From Anaerohalosphaeraceae bacterium (GTDB taxonomy: Bacteria; Planctomycetota; Phycisphaerae; Sedimentisphaerales; Anaerohalosphaeraceae), in contig JBNRMN010000033.1 in NCBI GenBank assembly GCA_050309605.1, positions 224,001 to 288,000 on the forward strand: 64,000 bases of DNA, written 5' to 3'. Below are positions 8,612 to 18,767 of this stretch, one piece after another (within the stretch, counting starts at the first letter, position 1; each line of letters begins with the position of its first letter). Below the pieces are notes generated by a model. It was not told the origin of the DNA and searched no databases. It saw only the letters and a program-made list of their open reading frames with translations. The translations under genes were made by a program, and so were the position numbers.

Positions 8612-9013
8612 TTAATCGGTTACCTCGATATCCACTTCATATTCCCAGCATCCGTGCAGATTGCATCGTTCAAAGGCGCGCAGCTTGCCGTGTCCGTGAT
8701 CCAGCGCCACACAGACCTTCATTGCCGGGCACGTAGTTTTGGCCGTGAAATCCATTCGCGCCAGATACGTCTCACCCGCATACAGCTCGATAAACTGAAT
8801 GAAGTGTCCCGGCTCATTCGGGTGTTTGAGCAGTTTGCCCACTTCGACGGTCACCTCAAAACATTCGCCTTTTTTGACGCGCTTGGGAGCGGTGATTACC
8901 GGCAGATGCTTTTTTTCAAGATCACCGGCCTGCTCCGGATCGGGCACGATATTGACCCCGCAGAAAATGTCTTCCGCGCATTCCTCATTGACCTGTTTGG
9001 CTTTCGTAAACAT
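8612..9013 (-). CDS. Class II superoxide reductase (neelaredoxin type)
   Basis: Iron ligand motifs EKKHLP, HPNEPGHFIQFIEL and CNLHG; no N-terminal desulforedoxin CxxC...CC domain. Confidence 0.92.
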   Translation of the reverse strand: MFTKAKQVNEECAEDIFCGVNIVPDPEQAGDLEKKHLPVITAPKRVKKGECFEVTVEVGKLLKHPNEPGHFIQFIELYAGETYLARMDFTAKTTCPAMKVCVALDHGHGKLRAFERCNLHGCWEYEVDIEVTD

Positions 9014-9108
9014 GTGTCATTCCTTTCCAATTTATTGTGATTCCTTAACGATAAACCGTGCCGCCGCTTCTGCGGTAACTTCTTATACTCAAGCCGTTTG
9101 GATTCCGA

Positions 9109-9127
9109 AATAGGGAAATTCCTTATT
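9109..9127. promoter_or_regulatory. Near-palindromic operator upstream of the SOR-encapsulin-PDH run
   Basis: AATAGGGAAATTCCTTATT; 17 bp are identical to the site at 9970-9986. Confidence 0.7.
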
Positions 9128-9209
9128 TTGTCCTTCACGATCCCTTAAACACAACGACTGTGTGTCGCCCGTCCTGTGATTGTGCGGTCGCAGGACGTTG
9201 GCCGACACG

Positions 9210-9674
9210 TTAGATTTCTTCCACATCGCTGTGGGGCGCAACGGAAAAATCGATCACGGTTTGGATATGAATGCACAACCGCCGCTCCAGTTGCGGCAGG
9301 GGGATTTGCCCTTCGGTTTGCGGCGCATAGCCGTTCAGGACGCCGACATTTTTGTAATCCGTCAGCGTTCCGACCAACTGGTATCCAACGTCCGTTTCTT
9401 TTTCCCACACGACCACTGAAATGCGCCTGTTTTGACGTAAATTTTTGACGGTACCGGGGCAGAACCACTCTGAGATGCTGATGTTCTCCGGTCCGATTTT
9501 TTCCATTTCGCCGGCGGCGGCCAGATGCGGCAAGCCATCGACGTCGGCCGTTGCAATAAAAACATGCCCGACCTTTTTGGCAAGGGCGACGGCTTTCTCG
9601 AGCACGTCGTTTTTTGTGTCGGCTCGTTTGGCCGGGGGGTCGTGGCAGGGATGGGTCGCGGCGGATGTGTTCAT
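9210..9674 (-). CDS. Pyridoxamine 5'-phosphate oxidase-like FMN-binding protein
   Basis: FIATADVDGLPH, TVKNLRQNRRISVVVW, GYQLVG split-barrel motifs. Confidence 0.8.
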   Translation of the reverse strand: MNTSAATHPCHDPPAKRADTKNDVLEKAVALAKKVGHVFIATADVDGLPHLAAAGEMEKIGPENISISEWFCPGTVKNLRQNRRISVVVWEKETDVGYQLVGTLTDYKNVGVLNGYAPQTEGQIPLPQLERRLCIHIQTVIDFSVAPHSDVEEI

Positions 9675-9856
9675 AATGCCTCCGGTTTACACAGGTTTTG
9701 GGCGTTGGCGGCCACACGGCCGCAGTTTTGACAGACAAATTTTCCGTCCCGTACCAGCGATTTGTAATCGTCCGGATAGGAAACCGGATAGCCCAGGTTG
9801 TTCAGATAGCATAGATGTTTGTCGTGGCCCGGATGGGGCATCTTGGGTTTATCCAT
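9671..9856 (-). CDS. Small His/Cys-rich putative metal-binding protein
   Basis: 61 aa with HPGHDKHLC...FVCQNCGRVA...NLCKP; GGGAGA RBS; ATGA overlap with the downstream gene. Confidence 0.75.
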   Translation of the reverse strand: MDKPKMPHPGHDKHLCYLNNLGYPVSYPDDYKSLVRDGKFVCQNCGRVAANAQNLCKPEAL

Positions 9857-9969
9857 CGTTCTGTCTCCCTGTCTGGATTAACATATCTCTTGAGCCGCTA
9901 CGTCTGATATTGAATCCGGTTCATTCAACGGGATAAAATGCAGATTAGCCGCTCGGTGGTGTAAAAGTG

Positions 9970-9986
9970 AATAGGGAAATTCCTTA
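9970..9986. promoter_or_regulatory. Second copy of the near-palindromic operator
   Basis: AATAGGGAAATTCCTTA upstream of the gene starting at 9856. Confidence 0.7.
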
Positions 9987-10140
9987 AAAACTTAGCCCGA
10001 ATTGCTGAATCGATTGAGGCCAGGATCATGAAGCGGTTGTTTTGACGGCTTGAGAGCGGATTTTCTGATAAAAAAACGAGACTCCCCCCCGGTTGGCCCG
10101 TTGTTGTGCGCGTGAAATCGTTTCGTTTGATCAGCGGGGA

Positions 10141-10551
10141 TTAAAACCCGTAAACTTGGCGCAGTTGGTCTTCTGTCGGTCGATTCGGATAGCGTTCCCC
10201 GCGCGGGCCGATGTACGCCGGTCCGTCTTTGACCAGACGCACGGGGATCTGCGATCCGTTGGTGTTGGTAATCCAGACGGTTTCGGTGCCGGCCTCGGAA
10301 CGAATGGCGTTTATCTCTTGTCTCTGACGGGCTTTGTCCTGTTCGTTGCCGATCATATACCCTGCGCCGGCCCCGACGCCGGCCCCGATGAGCGTCGATT
10401 GAGTGTCCCGTCCGATCAATTGACCGGCCCCTGCGCCGATGGCGGAACCCAACAGTGCTTTGTTTTGTGCGTCGGTTTCACATCCCGCGATTCCAATCAG
10501 TCCAAAACCGACCGCAAAAACCAACATTCCAGTGCACATCTTACGCTTCAT
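10141..10551 (-). CDS. Glycine-zipper lipoprotein
   Basis: Lipobox IAGC; GSAIGAGAGQLIG...IGAGVGAGAGYMIG. Confidence 0.85.
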   Translation of the reverse strand: MKRKMCTGMLVFAVGFGLIGIAGCETDAQNKALLGSAIGAGAGQLIGRDTQSTLIGAGVGAGAGYMIGNEQDKARQRQEINAIRSEAGTETVWITNTNGSQIPVRLVKDGPAYIGPRGERYPNRPTEDQLRQVYGF

Positions 10552-10711
10552 TTCACTTTCCTTTCACTGTAAAGCGGTATGAATAACACTCGTTCTTATC
10601 GTTTCATTCTACTGCCAAAGGCGGTTCGGGGTTCGTCCCTTGTAAAATACGTTTCATGGGCTATAATCATTTCATTGAATGACAAAATGACCTTAAAAAC
10701 GGAGTTTTTGT

Positions 10712-11509
10712 ATGAAATCAAGGCTTGTGATCAACGGCGCCGCCGGGCGGATGGGCAAGCGTATTCTGGCTTTGGCGTGTGAGGAGACCGACTTGTCCAT
10801 AGTTGGGGCTGTAGAATACCCGAAACACCCAGATATAGGTAAAGACGCCGGCGTTTTGGCGGGTTTGGAATCGCTGGATCTGCCGGTTAGCAGTACCCTG
10901 CCCGATGAAGCGGATGTGTTGATTGATTTTTCCCTGCCGGATGCGGCCGACGGCGTTATGGATCATTGTCGCAATCAGGGTATTGCCCTGGTGATGGGCA
11001 CGACGGGACTGACGCCCGAACAGCGGCAGCGGCTGGCCAGGGCCGCTGAAAAGATTGCTGTTGTGCAGGCGACCAATATGAGCCTGGGGATGAATCTGCT
11101 GTTTGCACTGGTCGGCAAGGTGGCTCGGTCGCTGGGCGAAGGTTATGATATTGAGATCGTCGAGGCGCACCATCGCTTCAAAAAAGACGCCCCCAGCGGC
11201 TCGGCGCTGTCGCTGGCCGAGGCGATTTGCGAGGAAACCGGTCGGACGTGTCCGGATGTTTTGACCCACGGACGCCGCGGCAAAGAGGCCCTTCGTCAAC
11301 AAGGCGAAATCGGGATGCACGCCATTCGGGCCGGCGATATTATCGGACAGCATTCGGTTCTTTACAGTACGCTGGGCGAATCGATTACCCTGAGCCATAC
11401 CGCTCACTCCCGCGATACGTTCGCACGCGGGGCGCTGCGGGCGGCCTTGTGGGTACTTGACCAAAAGCCCGGCCTGTACTCAATGAAGGACGTGCTGGGG
11501 CTGGCCTGA
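10712..11509 (+). CDS. dapB: 4-hydroxy-tetrahydrodipicolinate reductase
   Basis: GAAGRMG, MGTTG, EAHHRFKKDAPSGSA. Confidence 0.96.
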   Translation: MKSRLVINGAAGRMGKRILALACEETDLSIVGAVEYPKHPDIGKDAGVLAGLESLDLPVSSTLPDEADVLIDFSLPDAADGVMDHCRNQGIALVMGTTGLTPEQRQRLARAAEKIAVVQATNMSLGMNLLFALVGKVARSLGEGYDIEIVEAHHRFKKDAPSGSALSLAEAICEETGRTCPDVLTHGRRGKEALRQQGEIGMHAIRAGDIIGQHSVLYSTLGESITLSHTAHSRDTFARGALRAALWVLDQKPGLYSMKDVLGLA

Positions 11510-11617
11510 GTGCCAAAAGACGAACAGGCAAATCGGAAACTAACGGTTCGCTAATCGTGCCCTAACACACAGAGGGGATACTGCCGAGCGGTAACTGTTG
11601 TTTGATGCGGAGCGGCT

Positions 11618-12307
11618 ATGGCCCAGGAAAAAATTTTGATCGTCGAAGATGAAGACGACGTGGTTGAATTGGTGCGGTACAACCTCGAAAAGGGCGGGTA
11701 TTTGACCGATGTCGCCATGACCGGACGCGAGGCGCTGGCCAAAGTCAAGTCGGGTGTACCGGATCTGGTGCTGCTGGATTTGATGCTGCCTGAGATCGAC
11801 GGGCTTGAGGTCTGCAAGTTGATTAAAAACGATGCCGAGACCGCGGCGATTCCTGTGGTGATGCTTACGGCCAAAGGCACCGAATCGGATATTGTCGTCG
11901 GCCTGGAAATGGGCGCCGACGATTATATTACCAAGCCGTTCAGCCCGCGTGTTTTGCTGGCGCGCGTCAAGGCGGTGCTGCGGCGTCAGGAACAGCCGGT
12001 CGAATCCGACAAAACCGTTCTGCGTATTCATGACATTGAAATCGATGCGGGCAAGCACCGCGTCCTGGTCCGCGGCAAGCAGGTCAAGCTGACCGGCACA
12101 GAGTTTAATCTGCTGCGATTTCTGGCGGCACGTCCGGGCTGGGTTTTTACGCGGTATCAAATTGTCGATGCCATCCACGGCAGCGATTATCCGGTTACGG
12201 ATCGGTCGATTGATGTGCAGGTCGTCGGTCTGCGCAAAAAGCTGGGCAGTGCGGGCAAATACATTGAAACCGTACGCGGCGTCGGTTACCGCTTTGAGGA
12301 AGCATGA
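11618..12307 (+). CDS. OmpR/PhoB-family response regulator
   Basis: Receiver domain (LDLMLP, GADDYITKPFS) plus winged helix (IETVRGVGY). Confidence 0.93.
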   Translation: MAQEKILIVEDEDDVVELVRYNLEKGGYLTDVAMTGREALAKVKSGVPDLVLLDLMLPEIDGLEVCKLIKNDAETAAIPVVMLTAKGTESDIVVGLEMGADDYITKPFSPRVLLARVKAVLRRQEQPVESDKTVLRIHDIEIDAGKHRVLVRGKQVKLTGTEFNLLRFLAARPGWVFTRYQIVDAIHGSDYPVTDRSIDVQVVGLRKKLGSAGKYIETVRGVGYRFEEA

Positions 12308-14115
12308 CCATGAGACGTCGGCTGATCTGGCAGATTTATCCGTTCTTCCTGATGGTGGCGCTGGTCGGTTTGCTGGCGCTGTCGGGGAACGTCTCGATTT
12401 TGCTGAGACAGTTTTATCGTGCAGAAAAAACGGATGAGTTGGAACGTCTGGCGCGTGTGGTGATGCCGCTGTTTGAGGACGTCATCGGAACCGATCGGTA
12501 CGACACGATGCAGGCGATTTGTCGTCAGTTGGGACAGGCCACGTCGCTTCGGTTTACGCTGATTGATTCGGAAGGTAAGGTGCTGGCCGATTCGGATCAA
12601 GACCCGCGTCAGATGGACAATCATCTGATGCGTCCTGAGGTGCAGACGGCGCTGAATGAGGGGTTTGGGTCGAATATTCGCTTCAGTCGCACGGTTCGGG
12701 AGGAATTGCTGTATGTCGGCTTGCCGCTTCAGCGGGACGAGTCCACCGCGGCGGTGCTTCGAATCGCCGTGCCGCTGGTTGAGCTGCGCCGCACAACACG
12801 TTTGATTTTTGGGGATGTGGTACAGTACAGTCTGATGATCGCCGTGCTGCTGGCGCTGCTGAGTTTGGCGCTGTCGTGGAAGATCAGCCGTCCGCTTGAG
12901 TTGCTTCGCCGCGGCGCGCAGCGATTTGCCCAGGGCGACCTGAAGCATCGCCTGCCGGTTCCTTCCTCGCGTGAAATCGGGGCGCTGGCCGAGGCGATGA
13001 ATCAGATGGCCGCTCAACTTGACGAACGGATTCGCACGGTGATTACGCAGCGCAATGAACAGCAGGCCGTGCTTGCCAGTATGACCGAGGGCGTTCTGGC
13101 CATCGATATGCAGGGTCGCGTGATGAGCGTCAACAAGGTGGCTGCGCAGATGCTCCAGAATCCGTCTCAGACAGGTTCCGGGCGCAGTATCGAGGAGGTG
13201 GTGCGCAATACCGAGCTTCAACATTTTATCCGCCGGGCGCTGGACAGCGCCGCATCGGTCGAAGCTCGGCTGGTTTTGCACGACAGTCCGGATGCCGAAC
13301 GGCATCTTCAGGTCAGCGGTGCGCCGCTGCGGGATGAGGCAGGCCAAAAAATCGGCGTTTTGATTGTGCTCAATGACATTACGCAGATCCATCGTCTGGA
13401 ACAGTTGCGCCGTGATTTTGTCGCCAATGTTTCGCATGAACTGAAAACGCCGGTTACGTCCATCAAGGGATTTATTGAGACGCTGCTGGATGGAGCGATG
13501 GATAACCCCGACGACCGGCGGCGGTTCCTGGAGATTATTGCGCGGCAGGCGCATCGGCTCGATTCGATTATTGATGATCTGCTGACGCTGTCGCGGCTGG
13601 AGCAGCAAAGCAAAAGAGAACGGGCCGAGCTTGCTGCGGCAAAGATTCGCCCGATCCTGACTGCGGCGGCGGATTTGTGTCAGGTGTTTGCCGCGGAAAA
13701 GAACATCCCTATCGAAATCGACTGTCCCGACGATCTGGAAGGTTGCGTCACTGCCTCCTTATGTGAACAGGCGGTGGTGAATCTGGTGGACAACGCGATC
13801 AAATACAGCGACCCCGGCCGGCCGGTGCGTCTTGAGGCCGAACGTGTCGGAGAGGAACTGTTGATCCGTGTTCGCGATCACGGCTGCGGCATCGCCGCCG
13901 AGCATCTGCCGCGGCTGTTTGAGCGGTTCTATCGGGTGGACAAGGCCCGCAGCCGCAAACTGGGCGGAACCGGTCTGGGGCTGGCCATTGTCAAGCACAT
14001 CGCGCAGTTCCACAACGGACGCATCACCGTTGAAAGCCAACTGAATCAGGGCAGCGTTTTTACCCTGCATCTGCCGCAATGTGCCCATCAGGGCGGCGGC
14101 AGTGAAAGCCCATAG
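12304..14115 (+). CDS. PhoR-like sensor histidine kinase (HAMP, PAS, HisKA, HATPase)
   Basis: DFVANVSHELKTP, NLVDNAIKY, FERFYRVDKARSR, GGTGLGL; ATGA overlap with the regulator. Confidence 0.92.
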   Translation: MTMRRRLIWQIYPFFLMVALVGLLALSGNVSILLRQFYRAEKTDELERLARVVMPLFEDVIGTDRYDTMQAICRQLGQATSLRFTLIDSEGKVLADSDQDPRQMDNHLMRPEVQTALNEGFGSNIRFSRTVREELLYVGLPLQRDESTAAVLRIAVPLVELRRTTRLIFGDVVQYSLMIAVLLALLSLALSWKISRPLELLRRGAQRFAQGDLKHRLPVPSSREIGALAEAMNQMAAQLDERIRTVITQRNEQQAVLASMTEGVLAIDMQGRVMSVNKVAAQMLQNPSQTGSGRSIEEVVRNTELQHFIRRALDSAASVEARLVLHDSPDAERHLQVSGAPLRDEAGQKIGVLIVLNDITQIHRLEQLRRDFVANVSHELKTPVTSIKGFIETLLDGAMDNPDDRRRFLEIIARQAHRLDSIIDDLLTLSRLEQQSKRERAELAAAKIRPILTAAADLCQVFAAEKNIPIEIDCPDDLEGCVTASLCEQAVVNLVDNAIKYSDPGRPVRLEAERVGEELLIRVRDHGCGIAAEHLPRLFERFYRVDKARSRKLGGTGLGLAIVKHIAQFHNGRITVESQLNQGSVFTLHLPQCAHQGGGSESP

Positions 14116-14138
14116 CGGCTGTTAGCCGTCGGTTGATT

Positions 14139-17100
14139 TTACATTCCCCATTCTTCGGCCATTACGGCAAAATCCCGCACATCCACAAAACAATCACCTT
14201 CGGCTATATCGGCTTGCAGCGGACAATCAGCCGGATCGCCGCCGGTAAGCCATTGCTCGGCCAGAATCATAAAATCCAGCAGTGTGATGCGGCAATCGCC
14301 CGTCAAGTCCGCCCGCAAGGTACAGGGGATGATGACCTCGGCGCTGCCGGTCGCGGTGATCAGGACGCCGTCCCACGCGGCGCTGTAGGGGTACCTGCCG
14401 CCGGTCAATTCGGTTTGGACGGGATACTCGGCAAGGCCGTTATCATCGGTTTGGGCGGTGTCGTGTTCCGGCGTGCCGTCGCCGTCGCTGTCGAAGGTAA
14501 AGACCACCGTCTGAGCGGCAATGGGGTGGCCTGAGCCGTTTTTCAGGACGGCCCGCAGTGTCCCTTCGCTCAAACCGTTGTTGATCAGCAGCTCTGCGTC
14601 GTCAACGGTCAGCGTCGCGCCGTCAATGACATCGCCGATGCCGTTGTGATTGCTGTCGGCCTGGTCGGGATTATAGACGGTCGGGGCGTTGTCGAATGCC
14701 ATCGCGAGGGCGTAATCGCCCATCGTCATCGGTTGGCCGTTGGCCTTGACAAAGTCCAGCAGGGTCATCCACATCTGCCAGCGCTGCGGATCGACCATAT
14801 TGTTTTCGCGGTTAATCCCGCCGGGCGCGGTCGGGCACGGCTCAAGCCGCTCCAGATCGTTGCAATAACGTGTGCTCCATTCCACTTCTTCGATCAGCCA
14901 TACGTTTAATTGGCCGTAACGGGTAATTGAGTTCAGATACTGCTGATAGGTCGAGTTGCCCTGTCCTTTCATTTCCGGATCGACTTGCAGATGGGCGCTG
15001 GCGTGAAACATACCGAACGGGTCAAATTGCTCCTGATGGGACCCTTCCGGGGTAAACAGCGAACTGTTTTCTTCCCAGACACTGGCGCTGAAGGCTACAA
15101 ATCCCAGCCGCGATGTTGCATCCCGGCTTACGGTGTCCGACGTATTAAACGGCGGCGCGTAGCTGATCAGCGGATTGGCGGCGTTGGTCCAGTCGATCCG
15201 CGGTGAGGTATCCGGGTCGGCCCCGGAATCCAGAAGCCACCCGTCATCATAATCGCCCAGCAGCGTCCGCTGTCCGATGCGCAGATATTGAAACATTTCC
15301 TCCAGGGTAAAGCCGCACGTCTCACAGGAATAGAAATTCCGGTCGGGCATATCCGCCCAGTCGCCCAGCGGCGTATTGTTGTTGTGGTAGGTGCCGTGCT
15401 GGCCGATTTCAAGATTGGGATTGTCGAGTCGCGCGTTGATCCAGCGAATCGGGTCGGGATCGCCGAAGGCATTCCACAGTTTTTTGGGGATGACGACCAG
15501 GGTAATCGGTACCTCTTTTCCGCCGGGCAGATCGGCGGGGACTTCATAGCCGGGGGTGGCCGGTTCGTCGCCGATACCGTTATAGCTGAAGTTTTTGTTC
15601 TGTTCCCACTCGTCGGGAGTGAGTATCGCGGCATCGGTCATCGTCTGTGTAAACTCATTCTGAAAGGCGCGTCCCAGTGCATCGATGCGGAGAATAAAAT
15701 GGGTGTCGCTGTGTGACCAAACAGCCTTGGCCTGCTGCGCTTTTTGATACAGCTCCGGATCAATCGGTCCGTCATAAATGCCGTCGCCGTCGGTATCTAT
15801 ATTATACAGCGGGTCGGACACATCGCCTCGGCCGTCGCCGTCGCTGTCGGTTTGGTCGGGGTTATAGACAAAGGGGCTGTTGTCCAGTTCATCGGGAATG
15901 CCGTCGTTGTCATCGTCCGGATCCGCCGGATCGCCGATGCCGTCCTGATCATTGTCAAGCTGATCAAGATAATTGACGCCGCCGTCATCATTCATATCCA
16001 GCCGGGGCGCGTTCGGATGCAGCGGGGCGTTGTCATAGCGGTCGATGATGCCGTCGCCGTCGGTGTCCCGGCGATCGCACAGCAGCCCCGTCAGCGTTCC
16101 TTCATAGTTGCCAAAGACAACATCCAGGAAATCATCATCCAGCGGGTTGAGCTGTCCTGCCGCCAGCCCGCGTGCATCGGTTCCGGCTGCGCCGATGAGT
16201 CCGGCGTAGGTAAACCGCGGTCGCTGCGCACCATCGTTTCCGGTGTTGAGCCACAGGCCGACCCGTCCGTCCCAGACGCCGTCGCTGCTGCCGGTGACGA
16301 AATCGACCAAACCATCGCCGTTAAAGTCGCCGCAGGCAATGGCCAGTTCGCTGGTAAAGGTTTCCTGCGCTCGAACCAGTGCATAGGGTCGTGTTCCGAT
16401 GGTTTCATATCGAATCGGCGAAAAGCCGCCGCTGCCGTTGTTGCGATAGATATACACATAACTGGCGCGGTCGGTAACCAGCAGGTCGAGATGTCCGTCG
16501 CCGTCCATGTCGCCCAGCGCCAATCCGTAGGCGTGCAGATATGAGGCCGGCGGATAGTAAGGCGGGCTTTCAGGGTCGAGCATGTTTTCGGCTGAGACGA
16601 GGGTTTGCGTCGTCCAGATTGGTTGACCGTTGGAGTCGTTTCCGCCGTTGCGGAACAGGATAATATCGGCTCTATTGTTGGCCGAGGCCAGGATGTCTCC
16701 GGCGATGATATCGACACGGCCGCTGCCGTCCACATCGCCGGCGGTGATTGCCATTACGTCCGTGCCGACGCTGCCGACAACCAGCCCGACCTGCGGAAAG
16801 CCGCTTGATTGGAAAGTGCCGTCGCCGTTGCCCGGATAGAGGTGAATCTGTCCGTCGGCAATAGACGGCGCGTAATCGGCCGTCATCGTGAGTGCCAGGT
16901 CGAGGTTGCCGTCGCCGTTGAAATCACCGACCGCCAGCCCGTAAGCGTTGTGATACGCCTGGTTGATGACCACGCCTGCATAGACAAACGTCCCGTCGCC
17001 GACGCCCAGCAGCAGATGCACATCGCCCCAGGTATCGCCGCTGACGATGTCCGGTACGCCGTCGTTGTTGAAGTCGCCTGTGCCGAGGCCCCAGGCGCGC

Positions 17101-17255
17101 GTGCGTCCGTCGGGCAATTGGGTCAGTGTGACGGCGTCAAATCCCGGCTGGAGGACTTGTGCCGAGACAACTGAGCAGTGGCTCAGCATCAGCAGCACAA
17201 ACAAGGTTATGATGGTTGTCGTGTACGCACGGGTTGTCTGTCTGTACGGGTTCAT
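14139..17255 (-). CDS. Secreted multidomain protein: FG-GAP repeats, thrombospondin type-3 repeats, deacetylase-like domain, Ig-like domain, dockerin-like tail
   Basis: Repeated GDFNGDGxxD; DxDGDGxxD Ca-binding repeats; [11 protein letters not shown]-terminal [14 protein letters not shown]...[10 protein letters not shown]. Start set at MNPYRQ after an AGAAAGG RBS. Confidence 0.85.
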   Translation of the reverse strand: MNPYRQTTRAYTTTIITLFVLLMLSHCSVVSAQVLQPGFDAVTLTQLPDGRTRAWGLGTGDFNNDGVPDIVSGDTWGDVHLLLGVGDGTFVYAGVVINQAYHNAYGLAVGDFNGDGNLDLALTMTADYAPSIADGQIHLYPGNGDGTFQSSGFPQVGLVVGSVGTDVMAITAGDVDGSGRVDIIAGDILASANNRADIILFRNGGNDSNGQPIWTTQTLVSAENMLDPESPPYYPPASYLHAYGLALGDMDGDGHLDLLVTDRASYVYIYRNNGSGGFSPIRYETIGTRPYALVRAQETFTSELAIACGDFNGDGLVDFVTGSSDGVWDGRVGLWLNTGNDGAQRPRFTYAGLIGAAGTDARGLAAGQLNPLDDDFLDVVFGNYEGTLTGLLCDRRDTDGDGIIDRYDNAPLHPNAPRLDMNDDGGVNYLDQLDNDQDGIGDPADPDDDNDGIPDELDNSPFVYNPDQTDSDGDGRGDVSDPLYNIDTDGDGIYDGPIDPELYQKAQQAKAVWSHSDTHFILRIDALGRAFQNEFTQTMTDAAILTPDEWEQNKNFSYNGIGDEPATPGYEVPADLPGGKEVPITLVVIPKKLWNAFGDPDPIRWINARLDNPNLEIGQHGTYHNNNTPLGDWADMPDRNFYSCETCGFTLEEMFQYLRIGQRTLLGDYDDGWLLDSGADPDTSPRIDWTNAANPLISYAPPFNTSDTVSRDATSRLGFVAFSASVWEENSSLFTPEGSHQEQFDPFGMFHASAHLQVDPEMKGQGNSTYQQYLNSITRYGQLNVWLIEEVEWSTRYCNDLERLEPCPTAPGGINRENNMVDPQRWQMWMTLLDFVKANGQPMTMGDYALAMAFDNAPTVYNPDQADSNHNGIGDVIDGATLTVDDAELLINNGLSEGTLRAVLKNGSGHPIAAQTVVFTFDSDGDGTPEHDTAQTDDNGLAEYPVQTELTGGRYPYSAAWDGVLITATGSAEVIIPCTLRADLTGDCRITLLDFMILAEQWLTGGDPADCPLQADIAEGDCFVDVRDFAVMAEEWGM

Positions 17256-17350
17256 CAAGCCCATCCTTTCTGCGCGAAAAACCACTGTCGGATGCATGCT
17301 GTGTTCAGCGTGTTCCGATGTCAAAACTGTAACGCCGTCACTTGTAGGTG

Positions 17351-18064
17351 TTAACGGCCGCGCCGTCGGGGCAGCACTGTCGCTGCCATACCGAGCAACA
17401 CCAGCGTTGCCGGTTCCGGCACGGCGACAAATTCCCACATCACGCCTGATGAGCGCATCGACACATAGGTGTCGTTCTGTGCCGCCTGGGTAACGGTGTA
17501 GGTCGTGCCGGTTGTAAGCAACACCTCTTTAGCGATACGCAGCCAGGCGTTGTTGGCGCCGAGAAAGACGGTTCCGGGCGGAGGATTCTCCACACCGGCC
17601 TCGGCCAGCGCCACCGTGCCGCCGGTATTCATATCGATATCGGTCAGCACGGTTTGTCCACCCTCATGGGTAATCGTCAAATCGCACAGCGAACTGACAT
17701 TCGTGGAGGCCGGCCAGGTGATATACACGTTGTAATAGCCGGTCTGTCCGCCTGGCAGATTGGTCGAATAGACGCCGTTGCCGAAATACCGATTGTCCAG
17801 CGGGACGGTCCAGTTGTCCGCATCCACTCCCGGCGTGTAGGAATAGACATAGACATCGGGGAAGGGGTCTTGGTTACCCCAGGCGTGGGTCGCGGCGGTT
17901 AAGCCCGGTGCGCTGCCGGGCGGTGCGCTGAACCGCGGCGTTCCGCTGCTGCTGAAGTGGTCGCCGGCCAGGCCCGACGGTTCGACGATAAACGCCGCTT
18001 GTAACGGCAAAATCAAGGCCGCTGCTACGGCAAGGCACAGAAAATACGTTGTTCGATGTTTCAT
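17351..18064 (-). CDS. PEP-CTERM sorting domain protein
   Basis: Signal peptide [12 protein letters not shown]-terminal [23 protein letters not shown]. Confidence 0.92.
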   Translation of the reverse strand: MKHRTTYFLCLAVAAALILPLQAAFIVEPSGLAGDHFSSSGTPRFSAPPGSAPGLTAATHAWGNQDPFPDVYVYSYTPGVDADNWTVPLDNRYFGNGVYSTNLPGGQTGYYNVYITWPASTNVSSLCDLTITHEGGQTVLTDIDMNTGGTVALAEAGVENPPPGTVFLGANNAWLRIAKEVLLTTGTTYTVTQAAQNDTYVSMRSSGVMWEFVAVPEPATLVLLGMAATVLPRRRGR

Positions 18065-18190
18065 ACGAGAACCCTCCAATAAGTTAAAGAAATGAGATAG
18101 AAAATATCCGCACTGGCATGATATGTTGCTATGCAAGAACTGTATGGCTTCATTTCATCACCTCCGCTCCCGCCTTAGATTATTAATTCT

Positions 18191-18219
18191 ATTATAGACG
18201 ATTGAATTTGAAAAATCAA
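18191..18219 (-). promoter_or_regulatory. Sigma70-type promoter of the PEP-CTERM gene
   Basis: Minus strand TTGATT, 17 bp, TATAAT. Confidence 0.65.
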
Positions 18220-18303
18220 TAGGTTGCCGTCGGGTTTGCCGCAAATCGTTTGGGAACAGACCCAACTACCTAAAAAAAACAAAGATCAATCAGATTTAAG
18301 TGG

Positions 18304-18741
18304 TTACTCCGACTTTTTGAGTTTTTTATCCAGCGGCGACAGTCCCCACAAAATCAGCAGGGTCAACACGGTGGTCACAACGGCCGTGTGGTAGCGGCCC
18401 AGGCCACAGGCGATGCCCACACCGGTGACCAGCCAAATCGTTGCGGCGGTGGTCAGCCCGTGGACGTTGCCCTGGGTATGCATCAGGGCGCCGGCACCGA
18501 GGAAACCGACGCCGGTGATGATGCCCTGAATGACGCGCGCTTCTGCGTTGGCGTTGCCGTCGGTAAGACTGGTGCACAGCAGGGTAAAGACCGTCGCGGC
18601 CATACAGATCATCATATTGGTGCGCAGGCCGGCGGGTTTGCGGTGCATCTGTCGTTCCAATCCGATCAACCCACCCAAGGCCATCGCCGTCGCCAGCGGG
18701 GCGATTTCCAATTCCGTCAGTTTGGCAAACAGGTCGTTCAT
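18304..18741 (-). CDS. MgtC/SapB-family membrane protein
   Basis: IGLERQ..KPAGLRT, ITGVGFLGAG, GLTTAATIW; start set at MNDLF. Confidence 0.92.
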   Translation of the reverse strand: MNDLFAKLTELEIAPLATAMALGGLIGLERQMHRKPAGLRTNMMICMAATVFTLLCTSLTDGNANAEARVIQGIITGVGFLGAGALMHTQGNVHGLTTAATIWLVTGVGIACGLGRYHTAVVTTVLTLLILWGLSPLDKKLKKSE

Positions 18742-18767
18742 TGACTGTGTCCCTCGTGATAAATTAA

